Source: Auanema rhodensis
Lineage: Eukaryota > Animalia > Nematoda
NCBI GenBank assembly: GCA_964057225.1
Contig: OZ059894.1
Location: 17,732,001 to 17,796,000 of the forward strand
DNA length: 64,000 bases
Direction: 5' to 3'
In this document: positions 1 through 11,966 of the stretch, piece after piece
How positions within the stretch are numbered: position 1 is the first letter of the stretch
How the letters are laid out: each line of letters begins with the position of its first letter
Program-made: the position numbers and the translations under genes
The notes under the pieces: model-generated
The model's database searches: none
The model's input: the letters and a program-made list of their open reading frames with translations, nothing else
What the model was told of the DNA's origin: nothing

Positions 1-67
1 CATTCCATTGCTTTTCTTCAATTTGCTCCAACACTGTTGCTACAACATCGTCAACCGATGTAGTCAT
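1..67 (-). CDS. 5' end of an unidentified gene running off the window edge (MTTSVDDVVATVLEQIEEKQWN...)
   Basis: ATG directly after a ctctcAG acceptor; the frame is open to the window edge; it lies about 90 nt downstream of the ADH AATAAA (157-162, minus). Confidence 0.55.
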   Translation of the reverse strand, partial: MTTSVDDVVATVLEQIEEKQWN

Positions 68-216
68 CTGAGAGAATATTTGCAAATTTCAAATTAGACG
101 GAATTATAGCAGTATTGGAGGCGTACAAACGCATACAATAAGTACATAAAACCATATTTATTAGATAAAACATTCACTTTTTAAGAATTAAACCAATCCA
201 AAAAATTTTTTTCAAC

Positions 217-1800
<1,584 letters not shown>

Positions 1801-1809
1801 TTACACTTT

Positions 1810-1816
1810 CTGAAAA
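1810..1816 (-). promoter_or_regulatory. Trans-splice acceptor TTTTCAG upstream of the ADH start
   Basis: Perfect nematode 3' splice consensus 12 nt before the ATG, with no obvious upstream exon of this gene. Confidence 0.7.
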
Positions 1817-2045
1817 AAAAAGAAATAAAATGAACTGAGTAGAATGTTGACCTAATAGGCAACCCAAGCGTTCTACGTCAACACAAAATGATAGAAAATT
1901 GGAGCGATAAGCCACCACCTAGATCAATATGGCCATAGAACGATAAGAAAAATTTTAATACAACAAGATTTGAGTAACAATAATAATTATTTCAAGATAA
2001 CCAGAACATGAAAACAAGAAAGTAACAACAACAATAACAACAAAA

Positions 2046-4472
2046 TTATCGTTTTAATAAAACAACCCACTCAAAATGACTTGTTTGAGGAAACATGTCT
2101 ACAGGTTGAATATACTCTATAACGAAAGGTTTTCCGTCGTATTTCTTCGACCTAAACACAAAAGGGCAAAAATTACAAAGAATTAACGGTGAAAACTCAC
2201 GTAGGACGACAAAAATCAACAATGTTCTTCATGGCAGCATTTGGATCACATGAAACAAAAACTAATCGTTCAAGTGATGACATCTATATATACATTATTG
2301 ATAAAAACAAAAAAAACAAATAGTAAACAGACCTCACGGCAACCAAGAACAACTTTTTCATGAAGCCCAGCTCTAGGTGGGTCTAAAATACCCACTACTT
2401 CAGAAGATGTCAGTGAAAACCCAGGTGGTAAATAATAACGTAAGGATTTGAAAACATCCTCAGCTTTCCCAGCAATATATCGACATCTGTAACACATTTT
2501 TTTACCAAAAGAAACTTTGACATTTTAACTTGTCTTCAGGAATGCCGTTCATTTCGCGATTAATTTTTGCATCTTCTACGGCAGAAGTTATCATCTCAAT
2601 TCCAATACAACAAACCTAAAATAAAACTTGGTAATATACTAAAAACTACACAATACTAATACTTACTTTATCAGTTCCATAAGATTTCATTAAACACTGA
2701 CCAATAGTACCAGTTCCACAGCAAACATCTAGAAGAATAGTACTTTTGGAATCCTAAAATCATAAATTAATATTTTCATAACTAAATGACCAGACCTCAG
2801 CCACAACATTTTCAGAGCTACTTTCTTCTAATCTTGGTTTTTTACAATCTACACCTTCTTTATCCATATCGTTTTCCGTTGAAGTGGTCAAGGAAGTAGT
2901 GATTTGGCATGCTTCTCCTAAATTGAAAAATTAGAAAAAGCATTTTAAGAAGAAATACCAATAGTAGAATACAAAACCGAAGCTGCTTGACTATTGGTTT
3001 GGAAAAATGCAGATGGAGAAACTCGGAATCTGCAATCCATTAATGATTCATAAATGAACGGAGTACCTGAAAAAGAAATTATATGAAAATAAATATTGTA
3101 TACAGTAAAATCTTCGCACCTCCCAAGTGTTCATATTCGCTAGCATCACTACAATGCTCAATAGACTGCCAGAATATAGATGTAACACGAAATCCTTTTT
3201 CTGTGAAATTCGAAGTATTTAGGAATCTAAAGGCTTGATTTCAGGTTAGTTCAGATAAACCGTTTCTTGCCTATCGATGACTTCTTTCTTCATTGCCTTT
3301 TCTTTTTCCAAATCAAACGGGAAAACACTTATAATCATCATAACATCTCCCCCAAATTCACGAACAGTTAAAAGGCGCCAGACTCCAGTTTTTGCCGCCT
3401 CGTTTAAAGGTGCCAAACCTTCAATAATATATGATTTTTTTTTAATGAAAGAAAATACCTGTTTCCAAAATAAAACTCTTGAATTCTTTAACAATAGCTT
3501 TAGTTTGATTTGTAATATTATCAACATCATCGACAGGTATAACATAATGCTGATTTTTCGCGTATCGACCACCCACAAAACCAACGCAAACCTTAAAATT
3601 AGAAAACATAGATTTCCAAGTTTCTAAGAAGCTAAGAATCAAAGTTGTTACCTCGCCAGTAATAGTCAAACCACAAGTAAATTCACATTTATTTCTATAC
3701 TCTTTTATTTTTGGAGAAGGTTTAATCTGGAAAAAAAGAGCCATCATGAAATCATCAGTTTGTAAACAAACGTTTCGAAGAATATTTTTCATTTTAGGAA
3801 CATCGTTTACATTAGCTCTTCGTAATTGACTTAATAGTTTTTCTACCAATCTATAAACGTTTATGTGAATACAACTAGAGAGAAATCTTACTGAGAACTA
3901 GATTTGTCTTTAATTTTTAACTGTTCTTCATAAGGCTCATCAGCAAGTGGTGTAACACTTTGTCTAGCGGTCTTTACCACAGGAATACTCATCCCTACAT
4001 CCTAGATATATGGTATATTTTTAACTATCTTTCTCATCTTTCTCACCGATAAATTAGGAGTCGATGTGAATTTTTTGACCTCTGTTAAAGCAAGTTTTGC
4101 AACTAGCTTTGTTTTCTTTAACTCAAAGCCATTCAGAAGCTGTTATAAATTTTATAAGTATATAGAAATATTTCAAAAGAAACCTTAATTGCCACCTCAG
4201 CTTCTTCTGGAGTATCAAATGAAATATATGCATTATCCTTCATTTGCCTAACCTTTTTAGCTTTACCATTCAAATTCCTATAATTCGGATAATCTATTTT
4301 GATGAACACACTTAACTTACTTTTCTAAAAATTTCTTGAACTGTTTAAATCCCAGCATCTTAGGCAGATTTGTGATATGAACCCGATCTTTATCATATTT
4401 GTCTTCGCTTGAAAGTTCTTTGCCAGTTTCTTCAGTGTTGTTTGTTGATATTTCAGTTTCTTCTTCACTCAT
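2046..4472 (-). CDS. tRNA (uracil-5-)-methyltransferase, TRMT2A/Trm2-like, with N-terminal RRM; multi-exon
   Basis: Peptides RVHITNLPKMLGFKQFKKFL (RRM), YRNKCEF, FRVSPSAFFQTN, LLDVCCGTGTIG, ILDPPRAGLH, FVSCDP and PVDMFPQTSHFEWVVLLKR*. Confidence 0.93.
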
Positions 4473-5066
4473 ATTCTATAAGAATGCGATCTTTGTTGAG
4501 AAAACAAAGTTTCTTGCACAAAAGAATGAAAGTAATTTACTAAAATATGGGATGTGCTTTGATTTGTTGCAATCAAACTCATAATACGCTAACAAAAAAA
4601 TTCTGAAAAAGTTCACGCAATACGTATGTCTAACTCTTTTGAAAGTTTTATAGTGACATAACCATAGCTGCACGGAGTAATTAGTTTTTCTTATCTTGTA
4701 TGTTTACTAAACTCTTAAAAGCCGTATTTTATAAAACATTCTATGGTACAATCATAATACATATAATTATAATTTATAATCAACTTGGGAATTTTAACAT
4801 AGGAATATTTAACTTGAAATAAAAACAAATATTAAGATTTATTTAATTTTTAGAAAGGTTCTGGTCCTGCAACGATTCTTCGGTAGATGGCAAACGGGCG
4901 TTTCCATTTTTATTCCATAGCATGTGCAAGGAATTTTACTTTATTTTTATTATAATTTTTTAATGTAAAATCTTAAAAATATGATTTAATATTTCAAACA
5001 TCAAAGCCGTAATATTTAACTAATTGCTAGTGTCATTTGTACTAGTTTTAAACATTTTAATCTTAG

Positions 5067-5469
5067 ATGTCACATCCTCGACACCCCAACAGTGTTGTTA
5101 TCACTCCACCAACTCAAACTGTTTCTCCTCTTATCCGTTTTGGAAGATGGAGTGCTCTCGGACTTGGAGTAGTTTGGGGTAAAAATTTTCTTATTTTGTT
5201 TGTATAAATTCTAAAATAGGAGCCTATCGCCTCCGCCAAATTCGTGAGTATCATGCTGATATCAGAGAGTGGGAACACGAGAAGGCTGTTGCCAAGGCTG
5301 CCGAGGCTGCTCAACAGAAGAAGTGGCTCGCTAAGGAAGAGATGAAATATCTCATGAAGGTTTTATTTTTTCATTTTTCCTCTTCTAATTCAAAGCATTT
5401 AAGGTTGTTAACATCCCATTTGAGGAAGGAGTCGCTCAATTTGGAGTTGAAGATCTTTATAGAGAATAA
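5067..5469 (+). CDS. Mitochondrial ATP synthase subunit e (ATP5ME-like; similar to C. elegans R04F11.2), 3 exons
   Basis: MSHPRHPNSVVITPPTQTVSPLIRFGRWSALGLGVVW|GAYRLRQIREYHADIREWEHEK...KEEMKYLMK|VVNIPFEEGVAQFGVEDLYRE*; VSPLIRFGR plus GxxxG motif. Confidence 0.92.
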
Positions 5470-5498
5470 TCTTCTAGATGCCTAATTGGTAGAATAAG

Positions 5499-5601
5499 AA
5501 TAAATATCTTGCTTATTGGTTTATTATTCTCTTGAACATGGTTTATCCGCATTGCTACTTTCCGAATAGCTTCTAAACGTTTTGCTTTATATTTTTTGTA
5601 G
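5499..5601 (+). promoter_or_regulatory. Operon intercistronic region: AATAAA (5499-5504), Ur-like TACTTT (5556-5561), trans-splice acceptor tttttgtAG (5601)
   Basis: About 100 nt between the poly(A) signal and the downstream acceptor, with a UAYYUU-type motif about 40 nt upstream of the acceptor. This is the classic SL2 operon layout. Confidence 0.65.
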
Positions 5602-5605
5602 AGTA

Positions 5606-8106
5606 ATGGAAGGGGGTGAAAGCAGTACTAAAAGCTGTGGAAGCTTGAATGATTTACTGGAATGTCCCATCTGCTATCTCCCGTTTGTCAGGCCTTTACA
5701 GTTATCTTGCGGACATTCTTTTTGTTCAGCCTGCGTTGATAGATTGGTATTGCAAAGTAAAACTTATTTGCTGAACAAAATTCTCAGGCTGAAACAACGA
5801 GGGGAATAGCCCCTGGACCTGGAGGAAGATTGGTGGATGAGCTTCATGTACTAGCGAATCCTTATCCTTTGGCTGATAACATTCAACGAATATTTGTAAG
5901 GGATTTGATTAAGCGTAGAAAGTATATGTAATTTTAGCGCGAATTTCCTATAATGGATCAAGGGAATCCAATAAATAACAATAATAATAACAACAATAAT
6001 AATAATAATAATAATAATAACGGAAATGAATATGCTGGTGGTCTCGGCGGTATGGCGAATGCTGCTAATAATATGAATAGGGTAACTTCATCGCTAGTTT
6101 CTGTTTATTGTTTTTTTAAGTTTCGACCATTGCCCCTTGTTCCACCCGCCATGGTGCCACCACTGAGATTTGAACGAGATGATTTAAATGATATGTTTTT
6201 CGGAAATAGAGTTTATAACAATCGTGGCCGTAAGTTACTAATATTTTACCAATTATTAATTTAATATATAGGGCACCGTAATCTGAATCCAGGTTTTAAC
6301 TTGCTGCCTTTAGCTCCACCGTTCTACAGACTTTACGATGACAACAATGTTGCTGGAGATGTTTATCCTTATGGGGGTGTTAGAATTCGTTGTCCTGAAT
6401 GTCGAAAAACTACTCAAATTCCTAATGGTGGTCTTCCAGTGAATTATCGGTTGCAAGGTTTTTAAAACAAAATATTATTAAAACATTGCAAAATTTTCAG
6501 ATATGATTACACGATGTTCGCTTACTGCTGACAAAAAGGTATTTAAAATTAATTTTCAATTCATTAATGAAAATGTTAAGGAAGAGAAATATTCTCCCGG
6601 AAACGGTGTTCGTTGTCGGCATTGCAACGAATCTGTTAAAACTGGAATATATTTTGCATGTTGTGACTGTCAAAGTCAAGATGTGGTAATTAAAACAACA
6701 AAACTAGTTTTTTTCAAATATTTTTTTCAGCAACAGTTATGTCCAACGTGTGCACTGCGAAATCATAATGGCCATAAAATTGAAGAAAGAAGAATTTTAA
6801 CTAAAGAAGATAGAGAGGTAACTTTCAGGCTCCTAAAAATCTCGAAGCCTCTACTTTTAGTTTGCAAAATGCGAAATCGATAGATATACCGCTGATGCCA
6901 CGTCCTCTATTGATACTATGGTAGAAAAAGTTCAAAATTTTTCCAAGAATTCCCTCGTTGATCTCAGACAGGTAGAATTCTTTGAATGTTTCAAATAATT
7001 TGTGTCTAATTTCCTATTTTTTCCAGTTTTTAAATGATAATTTTAATCCATTTTGGCAAATATCAAATGCTGTCGACAATATGGGTAGTACAGTCACGAA
7101 AAGTGATTTGGATCTCAAAGTTGAAAAAGCTAAAATGTTAGCTGACAGATATAAATCCGTATGTTTTATCGTAATACCATCGAAACTAAATTTATATTCT
7201 TATTTAAGATGATAGATGAGGTGGATAAGGCTATGATTACACACAAATCATCTCTTAAATCTGTTTTTGACTCTTTTTCGTCGTTCATTCGACAGGAACG
7301 TATTTCTCTTGTCCGAATAAAACAAGAAGTTGAGGAACCTGAAGATGTTGTATGCATAACTGTAAGATTATTCCTAATTATTGAAAACTATTTCAATTTT
7401 AGAATGTTACACAACAATCTGATCTCGGAACGAGCAGTGCGAGTAGCAGTGGCAGCGGTCCATATAATAGATCGTCTCCAAACGTAAAACCAGTGCCATT
7501 GATTAAAAAAAGAAAAGTTGAAAAAGCTCCTGGAATATCCGAAGGAATGAATACCTCTGGCGATAGAATGCGGGATCGATACAATTATACGCTCCAACGT
7601 CATCGAGTAATTACTAACTATTCCTCATTATAATTACTAGCTATTCCTCATTATCTAATTTCTTTTATAGAGTATTCGAAGTGGTGATCGATTTCTTCTA
7701 GAGGCTAGATCGAATTTATCTAATGGGGAAAATGAAATTGTAGAGCCTATACGAGTTCAAGCAGAACGAGTAAGCTCAAAATTTCTATTAAATTGTATAT
7801 TTTTTGTTTAAGCTTATCATAACACCCAGAAGAAAATCTCAACGAGAAATACGCCGAGAACGGGAAGATTCGAAACCTTCCGTTAGTTCTAACGTATCCA
7901 GTATACGAAGACGTGATATCCCAACAATCAGTAATATTAATCACAGTAATAACCTTAATAATATCCCTGGAGCGGTTTTTGTCGATACTTCTACTGGAGA
8001 GATCCGTATAGAAAACTCAGGTAACGTTGATGAGCCGGTTTTGCCCATTTTACCTGCTGATGAAATCCCTCCAGCAGAAGCTAATGAGGAGGTTGAAAGC
8101 TCGTGA
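5606..8106 (+). CDS. RING (C3HC4) / B-box / coiled-coil protein, putative E3 ligase, multi-exon
   Basis: LLECPICY..P.QLSCGHSFCSAC ... IRCPECRKTTQIPNGGLPVNYRLQ; B-box-like CRHC..CCDC..LCPTCALRNHNGH; helical region, then Ser/Arg-rich tail. Confidence 0.85.
5974..6021 (+). repeat. (AAT/AAC)n coding microsatellite, poly-Asn (16 codons)
   Basis: Directly visible; in frame inside the RING loop. Confidence 0.95.
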
Positions 8107-9396
8107 TAGGCGTTCCATTTCTTATCTTCCAAAAATCAATCATCTCAAAAAATGTTTTAATTTCATTTAAATTTAAATTTAGTATTCATAGATATTCATT
8201 TATATACATTTATATATCAATGATTCCTGTTGATTTTGTTAGAGCTTGCAAATATGGATAATCATATTTTGTACAGATGTTTGTTTATGTTTGCAGTTGT
8301 AAATTTTGTATAAATTCATTACCTGTTCTTATTTTCTAATTTATAAATTTCATTTTATAGAAAGTTTTTCTAATAGAAATATCTATGTACTATGTATCTT
8401 ATTGTTCTCGATCTCAATCTCAAATGGCATAAAATTTTTTTTCATGAGCTATATGTCCACAAAGATTTTCATACTGATTTAATTTCGTAATTTATTCCAT
8501 TAACATTTGTTAGTTCCCTATTAGTATTACTAGCTTAACAATACATCTTACTTGTCAGTATTACAAATAATTCAAAAATTACTGTCAACATGAATTTTGT
8601 AAGCTGCAATCAATTTCTTTCATCAACAGTTTTCAATACCTTTTAAACTTTTGTTTAATCCACGTAATTTTTCTTAAATAATATGATATCAACTCAAACT
8701 TTTGTTGTTTATTCAAAATTAGTTCATTATTAGTTCTCACAATGATTCATATTCCACAACATTCTAACTTCAATAGAATGATTTCATATTATTCTTTAGA
8801 CCTAAACGTAAACACCATCTAAAATGAATCTTCTGTCCTTATGACGTCATTGCTATCTATGCTTCGATTTTTACCCCCCTCACATAGCTGTGCATTCGTT
8901 ATAAAACTCATTTTAAATTGCACTATTTGAACTTTTGTATAGTCACATTGAGATTGTAATAGGACAAAATACAGTGACTTCTTATACGTATTATACTCGT
9001 TCTTTTCAAACTGTTTTCAATATAGGCAACTTAGATGGTAACCCTAGTGATATCTCACTTTATAAGAGATCTAAAATCTTCATAGAAAAAGAAATATTGA
9101 ACTTTATGATAGCAATCTGTAACTGAAACCCACCTAGATGCACATATGTGAATTATAAGACAATATTTGATATTAATTTAAGTATAGTGTAGAAAACTTG
9201 ACATGTGGGTTTTATCATAAAATGTTCTGCTGTGTCAGTTTTCAATGGATGTTATCTGAACTTAAGGTTTTCCATTAAATCATACTTATTTTTGAATATT
9301 TGTATATATTTCAAATATCAATGTTTTGTTATGTATTTTTCTATAATTGTAATTATATTAATTTTCATTCTATATTGATGTTATAGTCATCCAAGT

Positions 9397-10353
9397 ATGC
9401 TTAGCCGTGTTTGCTTGACGTCATGTTCAACATGGAAAAAATCTTTGCCTCTTATTACACCAGGTACATAGTATCAAAAATCAAAGCTATTAGCGATAGT
9501 TGTTTAGCCAGATTCCTATCACAAAAGCTTGTTCCACTATCTAGCATCAACAAGGACGATTTGGGAAACAGAATATTGTTATGCAAGGAGACTTTGCCTC
9601 CTGGCTCAGCAAAAACTCCCCATGATGTTTTGGGTACTGCAGTATTTGCCGCTAAGGTTATAAACCAGATTCTAAAAAGATGAAGATGTAACAACTTTTA
9701 AGATTTTGTCTTTATCATCATCGGTGGTCGGATCTGTTATGGTGCCAGTACTTTCTAATTATATGTGGACGGCAGCAGCTGAGAGACCTACTATGATGAT
9801 GTTCACTATAGGTATTAAAAATCGGGATGTGTAAGAAAAAGAGAGAGAGAATGAAAGCTTGTTCTAGAAATTTGTACTTTCAATTCTTCTTTTTTAAGTT
9901 GCGAATGCCTTTCTCGTCCTGCTATCATTCACCCCTGTATTGCTCCACTTCTTGGCAAAACGTTTCCCTGTGGAGCTGTATTACAATCATCAAACAAAGG
10001 TGTCATATCTAAATGTACCGAAAATGAACTGTGTTCTTTTGTTTCAGACCTTTACATCTGTACATTATGACTTCTTCATTAGAAAGAAAGCTCGCCGTTT
10101 TACAGCAGCTGAGGTGGTCGACGCCCAGAAAGCGCCTGAACTTAAGAAGGTACACAACGTCACATACCTAAGATTCATTCAAAAGCTTCAAATAGCTTTA
10201 TTGGTTTAATTTTTTTAGATTTGGATTCCTCTAGCTACAGCGTTTGTGCACCAGCAGCCTCTCCTTATCTCCTTAGATAAGAATAATTATATTGACCAGC
10301 TGGCATTTGATGAATTAACAAAAAATATTGAAATTCCAAAAAATCATGATTAA
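9397..10353 (+). CDS. TMEM70-like mitochondrial ATP synthase assembly factor, multi-exon
   Basis: Basic, acid-free N-terminus (MLSRVCLTSCSTWKK); AAKILSLSSSVVGSVMVP; SFTPVLLHFLAKRFPVELYYNHQTKTFTSVHYDFF, which resembles TMEM70 FITPVLLHFITKGYVIRLYH. Confidence 0.85.
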
Positions 10354-10663
10354 GTTCAGAAACATCATTTGTCTTTAATAGGAAGGAGACTTATTTTTGA
10401 ATTGTTTATTTGAAGCGGGTATCCAGTTTTCTATTGACGTTGTTGTACAATTCTTCTAGTTCTGAATAGGTTAATCTAGATAGATAGGTTTTTACATTTT
10501 GAAAATTCTTGTTGACACTAATTAAAGTATTTTGAAAAAATATTAAAGCTATTTATTGTTTTCATGAAAGGATATATTGTTGAGAATTATAAAACAATTT
10601 TGAACCCGTTTAAAAAAAACTATGAGATGATAATAGACGAATAAATTAGTACAAATTTGAGAA

Positions 10664-11391
10664 TCACAAAGAGTAAGAAGAACTAATTCTATGAATTCTA
10701 GTGTTTAACCCACTCCTAATTATGATAGACTGTCTTCCCTCACATATAACTGTCATTTGGTCAGATATCAAAACCTTAAGTAAGACAAAATTGAAGAATT
10801 CTATTCAGATGTCACGAACCTGTACGCGTTCTCCAAATTTTGACAGATCGACCGCATCGAGAACTATGACTCCGGTTTTAGGCAATGATTCCTTGAAACT
10901 GAATTAAGATTTTCTCTATTATTTACTGCAGATTCCTACTCATTGAAAATGAGACACGATCGGTCATCTTTAGTGATCGAGCAATCTTGCTGAACAATAA
11001 GATTCACATTTTTTCCCTGCAAACAATTTCTATGACAAGTAGAAAAAATGATATGGGCACCTCAATAACGATATCAACGGCTTCGCATACAAACAATGGA
11101 GCGTCAGCTGACATGCAAACGACCCTATTGAAACATTGAGCAGTTGAACATAGTAGCGGAGTCCAACCAGATTTAATCTGAATCGGAACGATCAAATTAG
11201 ATGTACATGTAGTTTCCACACAAACCTGATACGAAAATGAGCAGTTCCGGCTTACGTTCTTCGTATCAGGAATATAAGTTATTTTGATGGGCCCATTTGT
11301 ACAAAGCTGAATAAATGAGAAAATTTAAAAAACATATTTAATTTCATATATTAACCTCGTAAGAATCTTTGGTGAACGTTGGTCTGATCAT
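10664..11391 (-). CDS. Uncharacterised ~166-aa Cys-containing, beta-rich protein, 6 exons
   Basis: Six exons join in phase with GT-AG introns: MIRPTFTKDSYE|LCTNGPIKITYIP...YQ|IKSGWTPLLCST...VIE|GKNVNLIVQQDC...|FKESLPKTGVIVLDAVDLSKFGERVQ|VLISDQ...SYSL*. Confidence 0.75.
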
Positions 11392-11594
11392 CTTCCAAAC
11401 CAGACCAGCAAGTTAAAGGAAAGAATAAAGAATAAACGGCAAGAATTGACGCTAATTTGAATCAACGTGGGGAAATTCTTGCATATGAATACAAACTTAA
11501 TAAAGATACACAAACAATACTCAATAACATAAGACATAACAGGAAATATTGAGATTATATGATATCACTGCGATATGGAATAGGAATATTTGAT

Positions 11595-11966
11595 TTAGTA
11601 GTTATTCGTGTGGAAAATATTAGCTAATTTGAAATAATGCTCTTGTCGGCCCCAGTCGAGAACCTTTTGATACGGTTCGGTGCCTTCTGAATATCAACGT
11701 TTAACTCGAAGTTCAACCTTGATTTAATAAACGAAAAATTTTATTAACCTGTATTAGTTCCGTTCTTAGCTGAACCTTCGAGCTTAATCAAACTGGAAGA
11801 ATTTCGAACAATATCTGTAATAAGTAATTTCATAAGCAAAAAAAACTCAAGCGAAATAACCTGGTGACGGAATTTCAATATTCATGGTCGGAGAAAGAAC
11901 TTTGGAATAGTGGAAAGAATCTTTAACAGCAACACCCCAACAAGGGAGCTCTTCGATGAGGTCCAT
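11595..11966 (-). CDS. Small hypothetical protein (MDLIEELPCWG...YQKVLDWGRQEHYFKLANIFHTNNY*); may have further 5' exons near 12240-12410
   Basis: Three in-phase exons with GT-AG introns; gttgcAG acceptor directly before the ATG; no recognisable domain. Confidence 0.5.

Noticed and set aside
7608-7653. 23-bp tandem duplication (TAATTACTARCTATTCCTCATTA) in a RING-gene intron
   Set aside because: Two copies only; ordinary slippage.
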